Shown one piece after another: positions 37,141 through 48,890 of a stretch of DNA of 64,000 bases. A program made the position numbers and the translations under genes. How positions within the stretch are numbered: the stretch's first letter is position 1; every line of letters starts with the position of its first letter. The stretch is from Azolla caroliniana (Eukaryota > Plantae > Polypodiophyta). The DNA lies in assembly GCA_043228905.1 (NCBI GenBank), contig JBHGNT010000001.1:8246001-8310000 (forward strand), in the 5' to 3' direction. The notes beneath the pieces were generated by a model. That model saw nothing but the letters and a program-made list of their open reading frames with translations. It ran no database searches and was not told the origin of the DNA.

Positions 37141-38092
37141 CACAAGGGACCTGGCGCATACAATTATTTCATTTAAAATGATTTGTGCATTGCAATTGCA
37201 AAGAGAAAGTAACATTATTTGGTGACTAGGATTGGTAGGGAACTTGGTGACCCAAATAGGTAGATTATTTGCTAAACTTGGGGCACAAAAAATTCTTATT
37301 CTCTTTTAAAAAATAAATTCTCGTTACAAAGAGTTATAAAGCAACTCTCTTTTTTTTCTTATAATTAGCTTACTCTAGTGGTAAGTTGTTAACACTACAA
37401 GCATTGCGTCTTGGGTTCAAAACCCAACTTTTTCACTTCTCTCTATTATATACTTCATATATATCTCTTAATTCACTAGATGCCAATGTAGAATGTAGGG
37501 GTTGAACCCATGACCACTTGGTTTCCATTGGGCAACCTTACTAACTGAGTTACAAAGCAACTCTCTCTTATATAAAGCCAAGATTATATTTCCAAATAAT
37601 AGAATAATTCTGTTGACTATATCTGCAATGAGAGTTACAAACCAACTCTCTTATAGAAGGCCAAGATTATGTTTCCAAATTGAAATAATAGAGCAGTTCT
37701 ACAAGTACTATCTCCTCAATGAGAGCATCAATATAAGGATTTTATACACTACAAGTACAAAAAATAATAAAAAAATATAGACGGCTCTTCTTAGTTTATT
37801 AGTTTATCTCCTAGAAGAGGAAGATGAAACAAAATGGAGAAGTCTTTAGCAAAGCCCGTGATGGAAAAAAATCTATAGCACTGAAAATTTGAAAGAGAAG
37901 TGGAAGGGGAACAAGGAAGTCAAAAGAGAAGTTATCAAAAGGAGAAGACAACAACATTGAACCCTAAAACCCTAAACCGTATGCTAGGGTTCAATTTGCG
38001 AAGTTTGTCTTCTTTGTTTTCCCGCCCTCACTCACCACAAAAAAAAAAATTCAAAATTCTCCTCTCACACCACACTTTATATATATGTGTAT

Positions 38093-38290
38093 GAAGGGTG
38101 TGAGTAGGGCGACTTCCGTGGTGCAGGGTGTCTAAAGGGTGTGAGTAGGGCATCTTTCGCAGAACTGGGTGTTTGGAAGGGTGTCAGTAAGGCATCCTCC
38201 GCGGATCAAGGTGTCTGGAAATTTGTGAGTAGGGCGCCTTCTTAATGTGAGTAGGGAGTCTAGATATTGAATGATAAGGTCAAAGTAGGG
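38093..38290. repeat. Approximately 42-bp degenerate tandem repeat, about four copies
   Basis: The unit AAGGGTGTGAGTAGGGC...GGGTGTCT starts at about 38094, 38135, 38177 and 38219. Confidence 0.8.
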
Positions 38291-38702
38291 CGCTTTTTTT
38301 ATTGGAGCACTTTTCTTTATCTAGATTAGCCAGTGCAGATCGCACGCGCCCTCAGCTAAGTGTCGTGCACCGTCTGTGACCGCTATTCCATCGCGAACCC
38401 TCTTTATGATTTGGTAGCAATTAGACATGTTCATTTGATTCCCCTTAATGCGGACCCAAGGAAACCACCAGGGCAACATTGAGAAATGCATTTTAGGATA
38501 ATTTGACATAGGATATAGTTGATAAATGGCAAGAAGTTCCAAATGATGAAGGGATGTGTGGAAGAACTAACTACATGGTAGATGAGTTTCTGGGTAAATG
38601 GTCCTAATGATGAAGCAGGTGTGGAAGAAGTGACTACATAGTTGATAGGTTTATGGGTAAATGCAAAAAAAACACATTTGGTGTGACTAAATGCTTAGGT
38701 AT

Positions 38703-38876
38703 GCACAAAAGACTCCACATTTTAGCATTCGAATAGATTGAAGTAGGCTATGAATTTGTATATTGTCTAGGCTTAAAATCGGAGTTGGCACAAAAGACTC
38801 CACATTGTAAGCATTCGAATAGATTGAAGTAGACTATGAATTTGTATATAGTCTAGGCTTAAAATTGGAGTTGGCA
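38703..38876. repeat. Tandem duplication of an approximately 85-bp unit
   Basis: GCACAAAAGACTCCACATT...GCATTCGAATAGATTGAAGTAG..TATGAATTTGTATA..GTCTAGGCTTAAAAT.GGAGTTG occurs twice in tandem. Confidence 0.9.
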
Positions 38877-39363
38877 TACGATTGTGAAGTTTTGTCACTT
38901 CTACTTAATTTGGGTGGGATTTCGAACCCGCTAATTAGTATATGGAATATAGCAACAACACACGTATACATTGTGAACCATGACAAAACGTCAATGAGGG
39001 TTGGTTTCTTTGTAATCGAGATAATGCGAGCAATCTAATAATCGCTATAACGATATAAACCTGAGAGAAATTCCGAATCTTATATCAATTGAACTCATGT
39101 ATCCACTATTGCTGAATTACAACCTTTCAATGTTCATGTTGAGGTCTTAATTAAGCCTTAATCTCATGTGGTTTGTAAGCCTAATCCAATGCTAAGTAGA
39201 GCTTAAGCTAATATTAATGAAGGCCTACTTAATCATATATCCTCTAATGGCAAGAAACCCAAGCTTCTCCAAGGAAGGGGGTTTAAGCTAGCAGAGAAAC
39301 CTTATCTCTGTTTCCGTCCAAAAAACTCTCTCCCCCCTTCATCTGTTCATCTCCTTGCCAACC

Positions 39364-40548
39364 ATGGTTGCATCTTCTTCTGTAATGGCTTGCTTCCCCT
39401 TCCCTTTCAGCACAATCACCATATCTCAAAACCCCTCTCCTCCCTTGTGCACATCACCTGCAAGAAAAGTCTCAATTAGGGTATCTTCTTCTTATATTTC
39501 TTCTTCTTGGGCACCGCCGAGAGTTGAACCCATCCGCTTCAATGATTCTTCAGCGACAGAGTTCTCTCCTTTGATATGTGGTTGTTATTCTCTCGCAGGA
39601 GGACATGGCTATATCTATGAGAGAGATTTTCTCGATGCTATGGAGCTTTATGCCCGGGCCGGATTCTCGACCTTTGACACAGCAGACATCTATGGACCCA
39701 GTGAAGCCACATGTGGTAAGTTCCTCCTAAATTGGTCCAAAATCAGAGCAGAATGTGGTAATGGCAATATCAACAACAATAATAGCTATCTTCCTGATGT
39801 GAAGATCTTTACAAAATTTGTGCCTAATTTATTCAGTAACAAGCCCACCTTTTCATTTGTTGAGCAAAGCATACAAAAGTCTATGAAGGCCATCGGAGTC
39901 CCTAAACTTGACCTTGTCCAACTCCATTGGTGGGATTATTCTATGAAAGGCATGGTTGATGTGGCTCTGTCCATGGCTGAACTTAGAGAAAAAGGCTTAA
40001 TAAGTAGCATTGGAACGACTAATATGAGCACAGAAGCCCTTGCTAAGATTATTGATGCAGGTGTTCCCGTGGTTTCAAATCAAGTCCAATGTTCGTTACT
40101 TGACAGAAGACCACTTGGGTCCATGCTGGATTATTGCAAAGAGAGAGATATCAAGATATTTGCCTATGGGTCTCTCACCGGAGGTGTTCTCACAAATCGA
40201 TACCTTGGTGATCGGAAACTTGTGCTTAAGACGTCAAGCTTGAGAATGTATTCTCGAATTCTCAAGGAGGCTGGAGGTGAGAAGTATTGGAGGAAATTGC
40301 TCACTGTTTTATTAGAGATTTCCACTCGGAAATCCGTCGGCATTGCCACTATAGCTCTCCGATGGGTTATGCAACAAGGACCCATTTACCCTATCGTTGG
40401 AATGACCAGTGGTGATCACTTCGAGGAGAATCTGAAGGCTTTTTGTATCTCATTGGATGACAATGATCTGGCTCAAATCGACGAGATCCTTCGAGAAAGC
40501 TCTGGCCCTCGGGGTGATTGCTATGAATTGGAAAGAAATATCTTCTGA
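39364..40548 (+). CDS. Intronless aldo-keto reductase with a putative plastid transit peptide
   Basis: First ATG at 39364, Ser/Pro-rich N-terminal leader, complete AKR catalytic tetrad (FDTADIYG, FTKF, DLVQLHWWD), SNQVQCSLLDRRP, AYGSL.GG, IALRWV, and C-terminal GPRGDCYELER. Confidence 0.93.
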   Translation: MVASSSVMACFPFPFSTITISQNPSPPLCTSPARKVSIRVSSSYISSSWAPPRVEPIRFNDSSATEFSPLICGCYSLAGGHGYIYERDFLDAMELYARAGFSTFDTADIYGPSEATCGKFLLNWSKIRAECGNGNINNNNSYLPDVKIFTKFVPNLFSNKPTFSFVEQSIQKSMKAIGVPKLDLVQLHWWDYSMKGMVDVALSMAELREKGLISSIGTTNMSTEALAKIIDAGVPVVSNQVQCSLLDRRPLGSMLDYCKERDIKIFAYGSLTGGVLTNRYLGDRKLVLKTSSLRMYSRILKEAGGEKYWRKLLTVLLEISTRKSVGIATIALRWVMQQGPIYPIVGMTSGDHFEENLKAFCISLDDNDLAQIDEILRESSGPRGDCYELERNIF

Positions 40549-43176
40549 ATCAGAAATGGTTATGTGACAAAATTGCTATGTAGTGGAAAGAAATGTCTTC
40601 TGAATAAACGGTGGCAGCAATAGTCTGGTACGAATCGGAAAGAAAGACCATCTGAATCAGAAGTGGTGAGAGTGGCCATGTACGATGCTCGTCTTTTCAG
40701 GTGCTATGGAGATGTTAACACAGAACACTTATGGTTATAGTAATAGCATGTATGATCGGTCGATATGTGAATGGCATTTTTGGGTCAATGTTCCAATGTG
40801 GCATTCACCTCTTTGGTATGCTATGGAGATGTGTGCATATAACAGACTAATAGTTCTTGTAATAGAATGGTGATTAATTCTTCTCTGCATCCATGTTCCA
40901 AATGTTGTGGTCAGCCTGGTTCTATGTGATGGAGATGTTTAACATTCATCTGTCAACTCGTAGTGATATTACCGAAGAGAACCAACCACCTCTATTTTTA
41001 ATAATTCTCATTTTTAAGAAGAGGAAGTAGAAGAGGAAGGAGACAAGATCCAGACCATCTTTCTATCGTTCACTCACACTATAATCTCCCTCTCCCTCTC
41101 TCGCTCATGACTCATTGCCAATAGCCATGTTTGAATTTTAGTCTCCGTTCTAATGAATTCAAGCTTTCAGCATAAATTTGCCGAAATCCCTAGTGCAATA
41201 TAATGTGCCATCTATATGTGAGTATTTGGAGCATCTCAATTATTGAATGTCGCTCGAAGTTCCTTCGTATGCTATGGAGACAATTCCTTGTGATGCTATG
41301 GAGATTTGTATGTGAAGCACTGAACCCATTGATCATTCTTGGAGAATAACATATATGGTTTGGTTGATATGCAAACGATTATTTACACTAGTAATGCACA
41401 AGTATGGCTTTTAGTTGTTTTTTATTCTTTGGAGATGCATGTAGGTATCACTTAAAACACATTGGTGGTGTTTGCGTAGCATTTATGATTAATCTATATA
41501 CGGATGGCCCTTCTTTATCTATGCCGTCCCTAACAATGCTGATTATTGTAGGTGGAAATAGCGGCTCTGGCATATATGCATCTATTTGAAACTGAGTAGA
41601 TGTGGAGGTTGAAGAATCAGGGATGATGCATTGATAGGAATGATGCTCATAACTATGTTGTGTCATCTTGTGATGCACTTGAACTAGGTTTTAAGAAACG
41701 AGCCTTGTTTTTGTAACGTGCGTGTTTTGGTCCTTGCAACATAATGTGATTTAATATATTAAAAGTTTTTTATATAAATTCAAACAGCTCTCATGTATAC
41801 ATACATGATACTACTTTTCAAATACTTATTTCTAACAAATTGTGGAATACCTTGTTTGAAGCACCCTTCTATGCACCAACGGAAGAACAAGAAATAATAA
41901 GATAAATAAATAATAATGCTTATATCTAGAATGAGGGTACCAATTTCCCAACTATTTAACTCCCCATTCCAAATTCCAACACCATATAAAGCATTAATTC
42001 CATACTATATTGACAAACCAAAGCTCAAATCTCCTAACATTTTCTCAATAACACCTCCATTGACCAACTTTACAAGGTTAAGCCAAGACAACAATTCCTG
42101 CCCACATCACCTCCAAGATGAAAAGAATGCTAAAGGGAACGAGTATTGATAAGAAGATACAAGAGGAGATGTTCAATGTCTTTATAACCAAGTGATTCAC
42201 AAAAAGTAGGAAGGAAGCAATAAACTATGAGGAAATTGGAGATTGAAGGGTAGGCAATACAATCAACGAATCTATGAGAAGGACGAACTTCCTCAAATTT
42301 GACATAAGAATTTTATGTGGTAACCCCATGGTTTCTTTGGTTTATAAACAAAAATTGACCTTTTGGCTAATCCCGAACTCCATCGAGTTTGTCCGTTTGG
42401 TGCTTCAAATTCGGCTAGTTCCAACCAAATTACTCTAGAGTTATAAAGAAACCAAAAAGCTTGATAAAGACACATTTGAGAGTGAGCATGAATAATAGAT
42501 AGAACTAAACTGGAGATATTGTTGGTGAATGAAGACATTTACTCACCAACAATAAGCTGTTTTCAGCAATGACAAGACAAAGAGGCATTCTAGATATCCC
42601 ATGTCTATCTCACTGCAATCAGGAATATTTTACCTTCAAAGGGAACTCCATTAGTAGGAACCTTATAGGAATTGGATCATCTGCTGACATTAGGTATAGT
42701 CACAAGTTCCTCCTTTCCACTGTTCCCACAAACAAACCACCAATTTTTTCTCTATTGATGGTGCAGCAAGCAGTATGACCTCTCCAAAGCTTACCCTAAA
42801 AGTTTCGTTCATCTCCAAATATAATTGATACTTACACTAAAACAATAAGACTATTTGCAGAATTTATCAGGCCGAAGCTAAGTTGCATCACCCAACATAG
42901 CACAATCACATAGTGGTGGAATACGAGACCCCGCTAGTAACTCATAAACAAAATGTATACATATTGTCATGTGTATGCATGTGTAGAGACAAATAAGAAA
43001 GGATCACATTCAATTGTGTTCCTTATAATTGCGAAATAAATCGTGTTCTTTATAAAAATAGGAATCATTTTCAATAATGTTACAGTAAAATTGGCATAAA
43101 AAATGAGTACTTTTCAAGAGGCATTGCATTATATTCATGCAGATAAGATTTGAAGGTTCTCGTCACAACTCAAAAT

Positions 43177-43860
43177 TCATTGAATTATCCTCGAAAGGGT
43201 TTCCTCCCAGAGGGAAAGGACATATTCAAATAACCAATTTTTCTGTGTGCCATTAATGATTGGAAGGTGGAGAACTCTGATAACAAAAAGAGCCTCCAAC
43301 ACACCTACAAGTGATCCCACCACCACATCCAGCACATAATGCCTGCCAAGAAGAACCCGTGAGCTTGCAGTTGCCATCACCCACACCACCACCAAGCATC
43401 CAAGAGCCCAATAGAGAAGCCTCTCATCAACATTAGGGTTGACATATGAGCTTATTTCTGACAGAATATCATCTTTCCATTGATAGGCATATTCAAATAC
43501 AAAAACGAGGATAAGAAAGGCTCGTGAAGAGTGACCACTTGGAAAGGAATAGTGATCCACTGACACTACCAGATACATTCCTTTATTGTAGATTGGACGA
43601 GGTCTACGTACTATAAATTTCATCATGCCTATCAAACATAGATCAAATATAAATCCTACAAAGAGGCACCTGAAGAATGAGTGGACCAAAACAGTTGATG
43701 ACCAACATAAGGCTGCAGTTACAGAAATCCAAAAAAGACCATCACCAGACCATTCCAGTGACCGCAAAATTACGTTGGGAATTCTTCGCCCCTTCTCATA
43801 AATCCAAAGAGACTGTTCGACATCCCAATTTTGTAAAGTCTCCAACGTAGAAGCAAACAT
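43177..43860 (-). CDS. PAP2-family lipid phosphate phosphatase (LPP-beta/PLPP6-like), single coding exon
   Basis: 227 aa with the three PAP2 motifs KFIVRRPRP, SFPSGHS and SRVLLGRHYVLDV, plus several hydrophobic segments. Confidence 0.92.
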   Translation of the reverse strand: MFASTLETLQNWDVEQSLWIYEKGRRIPNVILRSLEWSGDGLFWISVTAALCWSSTVLVHSFFRCLFVGFIFDLCLIGMMKFIVRRPRPIYNKGMYLVVSVDHYSFPSGHSSRAFLILVFVFEYAYQWKDDILSEISSYVNPNVDERLLYWALGCLVVVWVMATASSRVLLGRHYVLDVVVGSLVGVLEALFVIRVLHLPIINGTQKNWLFEYVLSLWEETLSRIIQ

Positions 43861-44055
43861 TTTCTTTATCTAATCATCCTGCAAGATCAATCTCTCTCTT
43901 TCTCTCTCTCTCCGGGTTTATCCTAATGGCAAGTCAATTTTTTTACTAACCCATGCACTCAGGTTCATATCTTGCTATAAACTACTTTATTTGATGCCAC
44001 AATAGAATGCATGGGTTAAATGCATGGCCCTTTCATTTCTGCCAGAAAACCTTAC

Positions 44056-44361
44056 CAACTGAGCTACAACCATCTGGGCTCTTTATCTCTGACTTGGAAT
44101 TTTTCAACACATTATTGTTGCATAACAGCATGCAGCCACTGCTTAATCCATGAGATCAAGGGAATTCAAAGCAGTGAAGAACAATACCTCTTTCATGAAA
44201 AGAACACATTACAAACTGAGCTACAACCATCTGAGCTCTTTGTCTCTGACAAGGAAATTTTAAACACATAATTTTTGCATAACGACATGCAGCCACTGCT
44301 TAATCTATGAGATCAAGGGAAGTCAAAGCAGTGAAGAACAATACCTCTTTCATGAAAAGAA
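44056..44361. repeat. Tandem duplication of an approximately 157-bp unit
   Basis: AACTGAGCTACAACCATCTG...CATGCAGCCACTGCTTAATC.ATGAGATCAAGGGAA.TCAAAGCAGTGAAGAACAATACCTCTTTCATGAAAAGAA occurs twice. Confidence 0.9.
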
Positions 44362-45899
44362 GCAAAGAACTTCAAAACTTTCTTGGTCTCCACATTCATA
44401 TCAAAAGCATCCTCTTTATCATGTTATAATAATGCAGTTGCATATCAAAGAAAGAATGAATGCATTAACTTCATTTGGACCTAAGTAAAACCACTTACGA
44501 AAAATATATGGATATTTATATTGTAAGTTTGAGATTTTGAATATGGATAAAATGCTTAAACTATGTGTTTCTTTTGTATTGTATTGCTGGAGAATAGTGA
44601 AGCTTTGGTGACAAAAAAAGACACATGCTGTAATGTGAATGAGTAGAGTATTAATGAATTTGTGAGATTGGTGTCTACTTCCCAGGTCTATAAATCTTGT
44701 TCAATAGTATTGTAACAATGCAATTCATTAACATAGGGTTAATACACAAAATAACAATGGGACATTAAGTTCAATATAATGCAACTTAATACATGTAAAT
44801 TGTGTTATAAGGATACCAATAAAAGGGAATGACAGTTCCATGCTCATGAGCACAAGCAATAATGATTCAGAATATGTGCTGCCTATTAATATCCTTCAGT
44901 ATAGATTTCACAACCGCTTCTCGTCAAGGCCAGATAAGAGATGACTATCAACATTGCTACCTTTTGGACAGCAAATTCTCCTTTATCGTTGTCTTTTATC
45001 ATCTTTGGATTTATAGAATCATAAGAATGTTCATTGCCTGATTAAAAATTTTGTATTTGTTCAAACTCATCCTACTCGTTTAATGGTACATGGGTTATAT
45101 CACACTATTGAGAGGAAACTGTTCAAATATCATTGCATGGTAGTCTCAACAAGTTAAATCCCTTCCTATAAGCACTACAGGTGAGTGTATTTGGTTTTGA
45201 TGATAGACATATACACTAAATTACTCATATAATAACAATTTCCTGAAGTAGTCTATAAAAGCCAAATAGAACAGGAGACAAGGGGTGTCCTTGCTTTACC
45301 CCGAGATTGCTTCCAAACTTGTCGGCATTGTTTTTTTTACCGGCATCATACTTGTTTATAAAGTTGTGCTACTGTAGTATCGCGTTTATTGGGTATACCA
45401 AGTGCATGCCAAAAAAGTATTGAAAGCTGCAGTAGTAAGCATGGATAGCATTACATGACTGCCTCAACAAATCGAATCCCAAGTACTAGGCACCTTATCC
45501 TTCACGTATTGAATGCCTCATGTAATACTTTTTTCACCTAATTTCATCTTTGATAGACATCACACAATCGTCTCCCCTATTGGGGATCAATTTATATTGC
45601 AATTTCAATATAAAGCCCCTACTAGCAGTATTTACGTGACTTTCCATAAAAAGTTTTCCTAATTTTGGTGAAAAGATTGGGATCTAACAATAAGATAGGC
45701 GAGAATTTACTGAAAGTTAGATGTTGATTTATTTGTCATGATCTAGCTTATCAAAACAATATTTCAGAAAGTATATCTATGAATTTTGTTGTTAGTCTAC
45801 CTCAAACACAAAGAAGCCATGAAGTTATACAAAGGGTGTTGATCACAAACAAAATTGGCCACATTTAAACCAATTAGGCTAGAAACTACTTTGAGCATA

Positions 45900-46340
45900 A
45901 GTTTCTCAGCTAATCCTTAATGTGATTGTCAAATTGAACAAGTCATTGAGGATATACAAGTCTATTTGGCGAAAAAGCCTACAAAATGGTACCAATATTT
46001 CTTCTTATGAGAATTTGCTTATAATAGGTTTCAACATACATCAATTGGATATGGTCCTTTTATGTTGATGGTAGGCTTTCAGCCATCAGCCCCTATCGAT
46101 GCTAATTTTCAAAGAGATAAATTAGAGAGCACACTAAATTTTCTAAGGTGCATGCAATAAATGTTGCATATTGCTCAAAATAATAGTAGGATTGCTCAAG
46201 ATAAAGCACATTCTTATGCCAATCATAATTGGCATTGTTGTGTTCTTACCCTGCTAAAATCGTCTTTTTGCGTGTACCTCAAAATTTCAAAACTTTATCT
46301 ACAAGTAACTGTGCTAAATTAGCTCCCCGCTATTGTGGTA
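45900..46340 (+). mobile_element. Ty3/gypsy integrase C-terminal remnant
   Basis: Fragments YNR.QHTSIGYGPFMLM..FQP, IAQDKAHSYAN and VFLRVPQNFKTLSTSNCAKLAPRYCG (start of the GPY/F motif). Confidence 0.75.
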
Positions 46341-48890
46341 GGATAAAATTCATTTCTTTTATTTTAAATTTTACATTGGACTCAAATTCAAGGAAAGGAG
46401 TATTAACCATTCGAGATGTTTTTTTGGAAAAAAGTCTTGAAACAAGAAACATCAATAGAAATATTTCTGTTGAGGTTAGATCTCATGCATCATTTAGATC
46501 GTTGCAAGTGAGGAATAAGGAATGCGAACAAACAAGGCAGGCATTTTCAATAAGGGTTTCATTTGAAAGAACAATATGGAAAAATGTCTCACATTCGGAA
46601 AGGAAAGGAGAGTGAATAGGAGGATAAAGTGGTAGGGAAAATACCTTGATTTCTTGCCGGTGCAGGAGAGTAAGCCGAACAGAAGTCGCGGTACGCAAAG
46701 AAGAAGAAAGACTGTTTTTCTTTGTTGTTGTTAATAAATCCTTCGATGTCTTAAGGAGACATATTTTATTTTGGTCTTTCTCTGTTTGTGTCCTGTCGAT
46801 GAGCCCCTCTCCTTTTTCTTTCATTCATTTTTTCTCTTTTATTTTCCGGAGAGAAGTCTAGAGTGGTGATGGTTGTGTTGGTGGTCACCGGTGAGTGTAT
46901 TCAATATGTATGTATGTAATTCCTCCTCGCGATGGATGAATAGGAGGCGCGACCAATCCCGTCTACCGAGTCGGGTATCATAACTTCCTCGCCACGACTT
47001 CCAACCATGAACCCACTTTCATTTTGTTGGGAAATTATTTGTCAGTTTTACTAGCTCTCCTCTAGCTTTCTGATTATAGATAGATAGGTAGGTAAATAGA
47101 TAGACCTTAGCATTACCACGTTTTAACTTTACACGTTGTGTTCTATTGTGGTGAGACATGGCCATTGGAGTAGCTAATTTTGCCCTTGGACACCCCCCTT
47201 CGATCATTGTTAGCAACGTCACCTTTTCCCAATTCATTGGATAATTATTTGAAGATGGAAGGAAAACATTCAATTTTTATGACTCAATTGTGAGCTAGTA
47301 TAACTTCGACAACTTGCTTTTTTGGTTATACTTTACGCTATTTGTGAGAACCCCCGATTCACAATGAATAAAGAGAAACGTATGAAATGCTAATAACATG
47401 TTGAGGTTATAGCACATCAATATCTAGCCTTAAGGAGTAACCTAACCAATGCATTAACTTCTCAACCACACTCCCCACTATATGTGGTCAAAGGTTTGGT
47501 TGATAGTTGTACACGCATGAAGAGATGTCATTTGTTGTTTGATCGAGCACTCCGATTTCTTATTTAATCATCGTTGCCTTGTTTTGAACTAGCTCCCCGA
47601 AAGTTGTGTCAACACAAGTGCAAATTTGATGCACCTCCTCGCAAATTTGTGGAAAATATAGAGGTTCAAGACAATTGACATTGAAAGATACAATGGACCG
47701 AGATTGCATATCATGATCTAACAAAGTTGTACGTGCTTATGTGATCCCAAGCAAGCTATTTCAAATACTACTCAATGGCTTTACCAATCAACCTTAGCCC
47801 TCCTAAGTTTGCTTTAGTTCATGAAGCCATCCAAACTTGTTTGCTATCTCGCATTAACTTCAAAATCTCGAGACAATATGCAAAGTGTTAGGGTCTCAAA
47901 CCAAATTTAGAAAAACATTTTTTATTTTATGTATTGAGCCCAATGTCAACGGCTCAATATTTGAACTCGCAACTACAATGCCGCAAAACGCAAAGCCTTT
48001 AACATTAAGTGAATCATATCTATATTTACAGAGCACACATAAGTAATGCCTATCACAACGACTTTGTTTTATCTAATGGCATATAGTAAAAGTTCTAGAG
48101 GGAAGATAAGGTTCTGGGCGCACCACAAGCAATTATTATTGACGAGTATGCCAAAAGGGGAGGTTGGAGGTTCTCATTGAGAGCACGTAACATGAGGATA
48201 CGTGTGTTGTGGGGGGGAGTGGTGATGGGGTTTTCATTGAAGGTGGTGTTGGACACGGAACAAGAATGCATAACACTCTCTCTCTCTCTCTACACCTTTG
48301 TAATTTTGTGGGGGTTTTTGTTTTGTTCTTTTGTTAAGTAAGAAGAGGCAAATGTATAATGCATCTTTGAAGAAGGGGGGGGGGGGGGACAATGGGCTAG
48401 GTGGGTGGTTATAGCCAGCCATATAGTGATAAGGGTATCCAATTGGAGGAGGAAGATCAAGAGAGAGAGAGAGAGAGAGAGAGGGCCAAAAGAAAGAAGA
48501 AGACAAAAAAGAAAAAAAGTGCCCGTCCAAAAAGCAAGAAAGACAAAAGAAAAAGTGAAAAAGAGAAAAGAAGAAAAAGTATAAGGAGAAAAAGAGGAGA
48601 TGCCCGCCCGGCCATAAAGGTAAGGGGGGTGGGGGGAGGGGGGCCTACCCAATTATAAATAAATAAATAAAAATTAATTAAAACGAATTAAAATTTAATA
48701 GATAATAAGAAAAAAGAAGCACCAGAGAGTCTTTTTTTTTTTTCTCAATAAAAAGCCGAGCAAAAAGCAGGGGCCTCTCCTCCAATCCCTTATCTCTTCT
48801 TTCTTTCTTCTTCTTCTTCTTCTTCTTCTTCTTCTTCTTTCTTCTTCTTTCTTCTTTCTTCTGTTCCTGCTTCTTGCTTCCCCTCCGGCT

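Noticed and set aside
37959-37978. AACCCTAAAACCCTAAACC as an interstitial telomere
   Set aside because: Only about two imperfect units. Such telo-box-like words are common in plant promoters and TE ends.
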